Notes under the pieces: generated by a model
Told to the model about the DNA's origin: nothing
What the model saw: only the letters and a program-made list of their open reading frames with translations
Databases searched by the model: none
Assembly: GCF_001194135.2 (NCBI RefSeq)
Contig: NC_068990.1
Location: 39,424,075-39,461,010 of the forward strand
Origin: Octopus bimaculoides
Lineage: Eukaryota
Reading direction: 5' to 3'
Length of the DNA stretch: 36,936 nucleotides
Made by a program: the position numbers and the translations under genes
Shown: positions 33,681-36,936 of the stretch, in pieces
Numbering within the stretch: the first letter of the stretch is position 1
Layout of the letters: the number at the start of each line of letters is the position of its first letter

Positions 33681-34057
33681 GTGGAGGCGCAATGGCCCAG
33701 TGGTTAGGGCAGCGAACTCGCGGTCATAGGATCACGGTTTCGATTCCCAGACCGGGCATTGTGAGTGTTCATTGAGCGAAAATACTTAAAAGCTCCACGA
33801 GGTACCGGCAGGGGATGGTGGCGAACCCTGCTGTACTCTTTCACCACAACTTTCTCTCACTCTTACTTCCTGTGCCTGTAATTCAAAGGGTCAGCCTTGT
33901 CACACTGTGTCACGCTGAATATCCCCGAGAACTACAATGAGGGTACACGTGTCTGTGGTGTGCTCAGCCACTTGCACGTTAATTTCACGAGTAGGCTGTT
34001 CCGTTGATCAGATCAACTGGAATCCTCCAAGTCGTAATCGACGGAGTGCCAACAACA
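33681..34057 (+). mobile_element. tRNA-derived SINE family B, full length with TSD
   Basis: A-box TGGCCCAGTGG at 33693-33703, B-box GGTTTCGATTCCC at 33736-33748, (CAA) tail, 11-bp TSD ATCTACACTAT at 33670-33680 and 34058-34068. Confidence 0.95.
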
Positions 34058-34854
34058 ATCTACACTATAATATTGAGTGTAACAGTAGGTCTTGTTAGTT
34101 AATAATAATAATACGATATGCTGTGGACAGACACACACTGAAAACGACACGGATGTACACACTCATCCATACGTACACACTCTCACAGAGTGCATAAGCA
34201 CATCAAATTATAAAGAAGGCATTCACATACATCTGTACTCTCATGTTCGGAGTAAATCCCATATTTCATACACATATACATACAGGCGTATACTAAAACA
34301 AACAAACACGCACATACTCAAACACATGAATATATCTATGTGTGTATGTGCGAGTGCGTGCGTGCGCATATGCACAGATACAGACACTTAAACGCCACCA
34401 CATACGTGCACATACACTTCAACATACACGAATCCAAAGAAGAACTACAAACAACAGCCAATAAACCAGATAAGAGAAATGTGTCACACTTGCTACCAAT
34501 TTACATTTTTAAATTTTATTCATATATTTTTCTAATATCATGTTTAAAATTTCATATTTATATTATTTATTATTTTTATAGGTTTACGGAAGGATTTCAG
34601 ACATTTTTTTTTTCATTTTATCATTATTTTTAATATTATCGTTTTACATCTTTCTTTCCCTGTCAATTTTAACGCATTATATGTATGTATGCACTTGTGT
34701 GTCTTGTGTGTATATATGTGCGTGTGTGTTCATTAATTTTTAATCTTCTTTTTATATTTTTTTAAATAGGCATACAAAACGGATGATAGTCTAAAATTGA
34801 TGGCTAAGACTAACTAGATTAAAAATCCTAAAAATATATAGGTACATATATATG

Positions 34855-34915
<61 letters not shown>

Positions 34916-36444
34916 GCATACATGTACATATATATAGACATGCATACATACATCTTCATATATATATATATATATACACACAGACATATGTGTATAGATA
35001 GATGGATAGATAATAGATAGATAGATGCACGTATATATATAAACATATATATATATACACATAAATAATCCACACATATGTGAACATATATATACACATA
35101 ACTCGTACTTATATATGTGTGTGTTTGTGTGTATGTGTATGTGTATATATATTTATATATACATACACACATGATGAGCAGAGAAAATAGATGGATAAAT
35201 AAATAAACCTATGAATAATTAAAAAGAAGAAACACCAAGGTAATAACGTAATAAATACTAAATACAAACATGTAAGAATAAATAACAAAGTTGTGTTATA
35301 TTTGCTTTTTATAGTAAAATTTACTTCATTAAATATAAAGGTTGCGATGTTGAAGATAATGGATATAGCAGAGGTGGGAAAAAATAGAGACAATTTTATA
35401 TTATTTTATTTTAGTTAAAATGATGTTCAAAATATGTAAAATTGTAGCTTGTGGAATACGTCATTTATTTATTGATTTTTTAAATATTTTATATATATTT
35501 TGCTTTTTCATTTTTTTTTTTTTGCTTTTAATGTGGTGAGGAAGATACTTTTATTATCGCTGTTCTTGTGGTTTCTGTGGTTTGTGTTATGTTAAGCTGT
35601 CTTCTTTGTAGGTTGATTTTGAGTTTTGTATTTAAAAAGAATTTAAAAACAAAAAAAAAACGCATTTTAAGGCTTTTTTCTTCGTTCTTAATTGCACTAC
35701 CTCTCTACACGCACATACACAGAACATACATACGCAAAAATAAAATAAAATAAAATGAAATAAAGAGAAAATACGAAAAATTGTAAAAATAATTCGGTAA
35801 CACATCATTGGAAACTAATGAAGTCACACTTAAAAATTATATCTATTTATATTTGAATTTGATTCTTTTATTACTATTATCAAACTTGAAATATGTATTA
35901 ATTTTGTGTGTGTGTGTATGTGTGTATATATATATATATGTGTGTGTTTGTCTTTATGTACATATATGGCTCTATAAATACACACACCCATATATATATT
36001 TATGTGTGTATATATACATATATATATGTATGTATATATACGTGTATATATATANNNNNNNNNNTACACTTCAGCTAGTTTAATGTTATCATTGTTATTA
36101 TTGTTATCACTTTCTCCACATCCTTCAATCTTGATGTTGATTTTGATAAGGTTGTTATTGCGCCCTCAATAGTTGTTGCTTTCTCTTATTGTATTATTGT
36201 TCTTTTTAAAAATTCTGCAAGTCTAGCATTCTTGTTACAATATCCCTTGATTTTTATTATTTCTTTCTTTTATTTGTTTTTATAGTTGCTGTTGTTGTTG
36301 TTTTTTGTGGTCGTTGTTGTTGTTTATTGTACCAGTTTCCATCTCTAATATTAAGGTTTTTCCTGAAGATGCGTATATCTCCTGTCATTGCTGCTGTTGT
36401 TGTTTAAGACCAACGGGGGTCACAGTTGAGGTTTTTTCCTTATT

Positions 36445-36570
36445 GGTGTTTGGCCCAAAGTAAGCACAAACTGAACCGATCCGTAACCAAACGCAATCCA
36501 CCTGCGACCATCCTGTCTTTTTCTTTTTTTGTGAGAAACCCCAAAACCACATTATCCAGATATGTAGAAT
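36445..36570 (+). mobile_element. Family E fragment, strongly decayed
   Basis: GTTTGGCCCAAAGTAAGCAC...GCGACCATCCTGTCTTTTT...ACCACATTATCCAGA. Confidence 0.4.
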
Positions 36571-36819
36571 GTTCAACTTGGCGATTTCGCTGCTACTGGA
36601 CATGTAAAGACTTCTTTACTATCTTGTAAGTCTTGATGATGGTGATAGTGATGATGATGCTGATGGTGTTCCTGCTTTTTGTGGTTGTTGTTGTTGTTGT
36701 TGCTGTTATTGGTGTCCTTGCTGGATATCAGTGTAGTTGGTGGTGGTGTTAGTGATGTTCTTAATATCCTTGTTGTTGTTCACATTGATGGTAATATTTC
36801 TTACTGCTGTAATAATAAC

Positions 36820-36889
36820 TGTAGTAGTAGTAGTAGTAGTAGTAGCAGTAGTAGTAGTAGTAGTAGTAGTAGTTATAGATGTTAAGTTT

Positions 36890-36936
<47 letters not shown>
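36820..36936. repeat. (TAG)n followed by (AT)n
   Basis: Direct reading. Confidence 0.9.

Noticed and set aside
33681-33755. SINE heads as tRNA genes
   Set aside because: A and B boxes are present, but acceptor and anticodon stems do not close and the heads continue into SINE bodies with TSDs.
1-36936. CRISPR array, rRNA or prokaryotic operon
   Set aside because: No regularly spaced repeat-spacer structure and no such genes; the sequence is eukaryotic repeat-rich DNA.

Overview
AT-rich, microsatellite-dense eukaryotic non-coding DNA with eight N-gaps. The SINE and MITE families resemble octopus repeats, so Octopus is the likely source (inference, no database search run). I can support no host protein-coding exon: nearly all track ORFs are read-throughs of simple repeats or gaps. 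The window is a mosaic of mobile elements. It holds at least four tRNA-derived SINE families (three full-length copies with 9-13 bp TSDs, plus a 5'-truncated copy with a 9-bp duplication), a decayed R4/Dong-type reverse transcriptase fragment (9121-9532, -) and a mariner-derived MITE (31313-31527). It also holds several Penelope-like element (PLE) remnants. The most unusual structure is a ~730 bp spacer-less imperfect palindrome (9866-10598) with a PLE-type minimal hammerhead ribozyme in each arm, inserted between (AT)n tracts in the middle of a SINE. About 1 kb away, a GIY-YIG PLE shows the same head-to-head geometry (C-terminal half on -, N-terminal half on +). A separate ~358 bp partial tandem with a hammerhead-like core (5806-6311) looks retrozyme- or pseudo-LTR-like. 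Family letters (A, B, C, D, E) are my own labels for repeats within this window.
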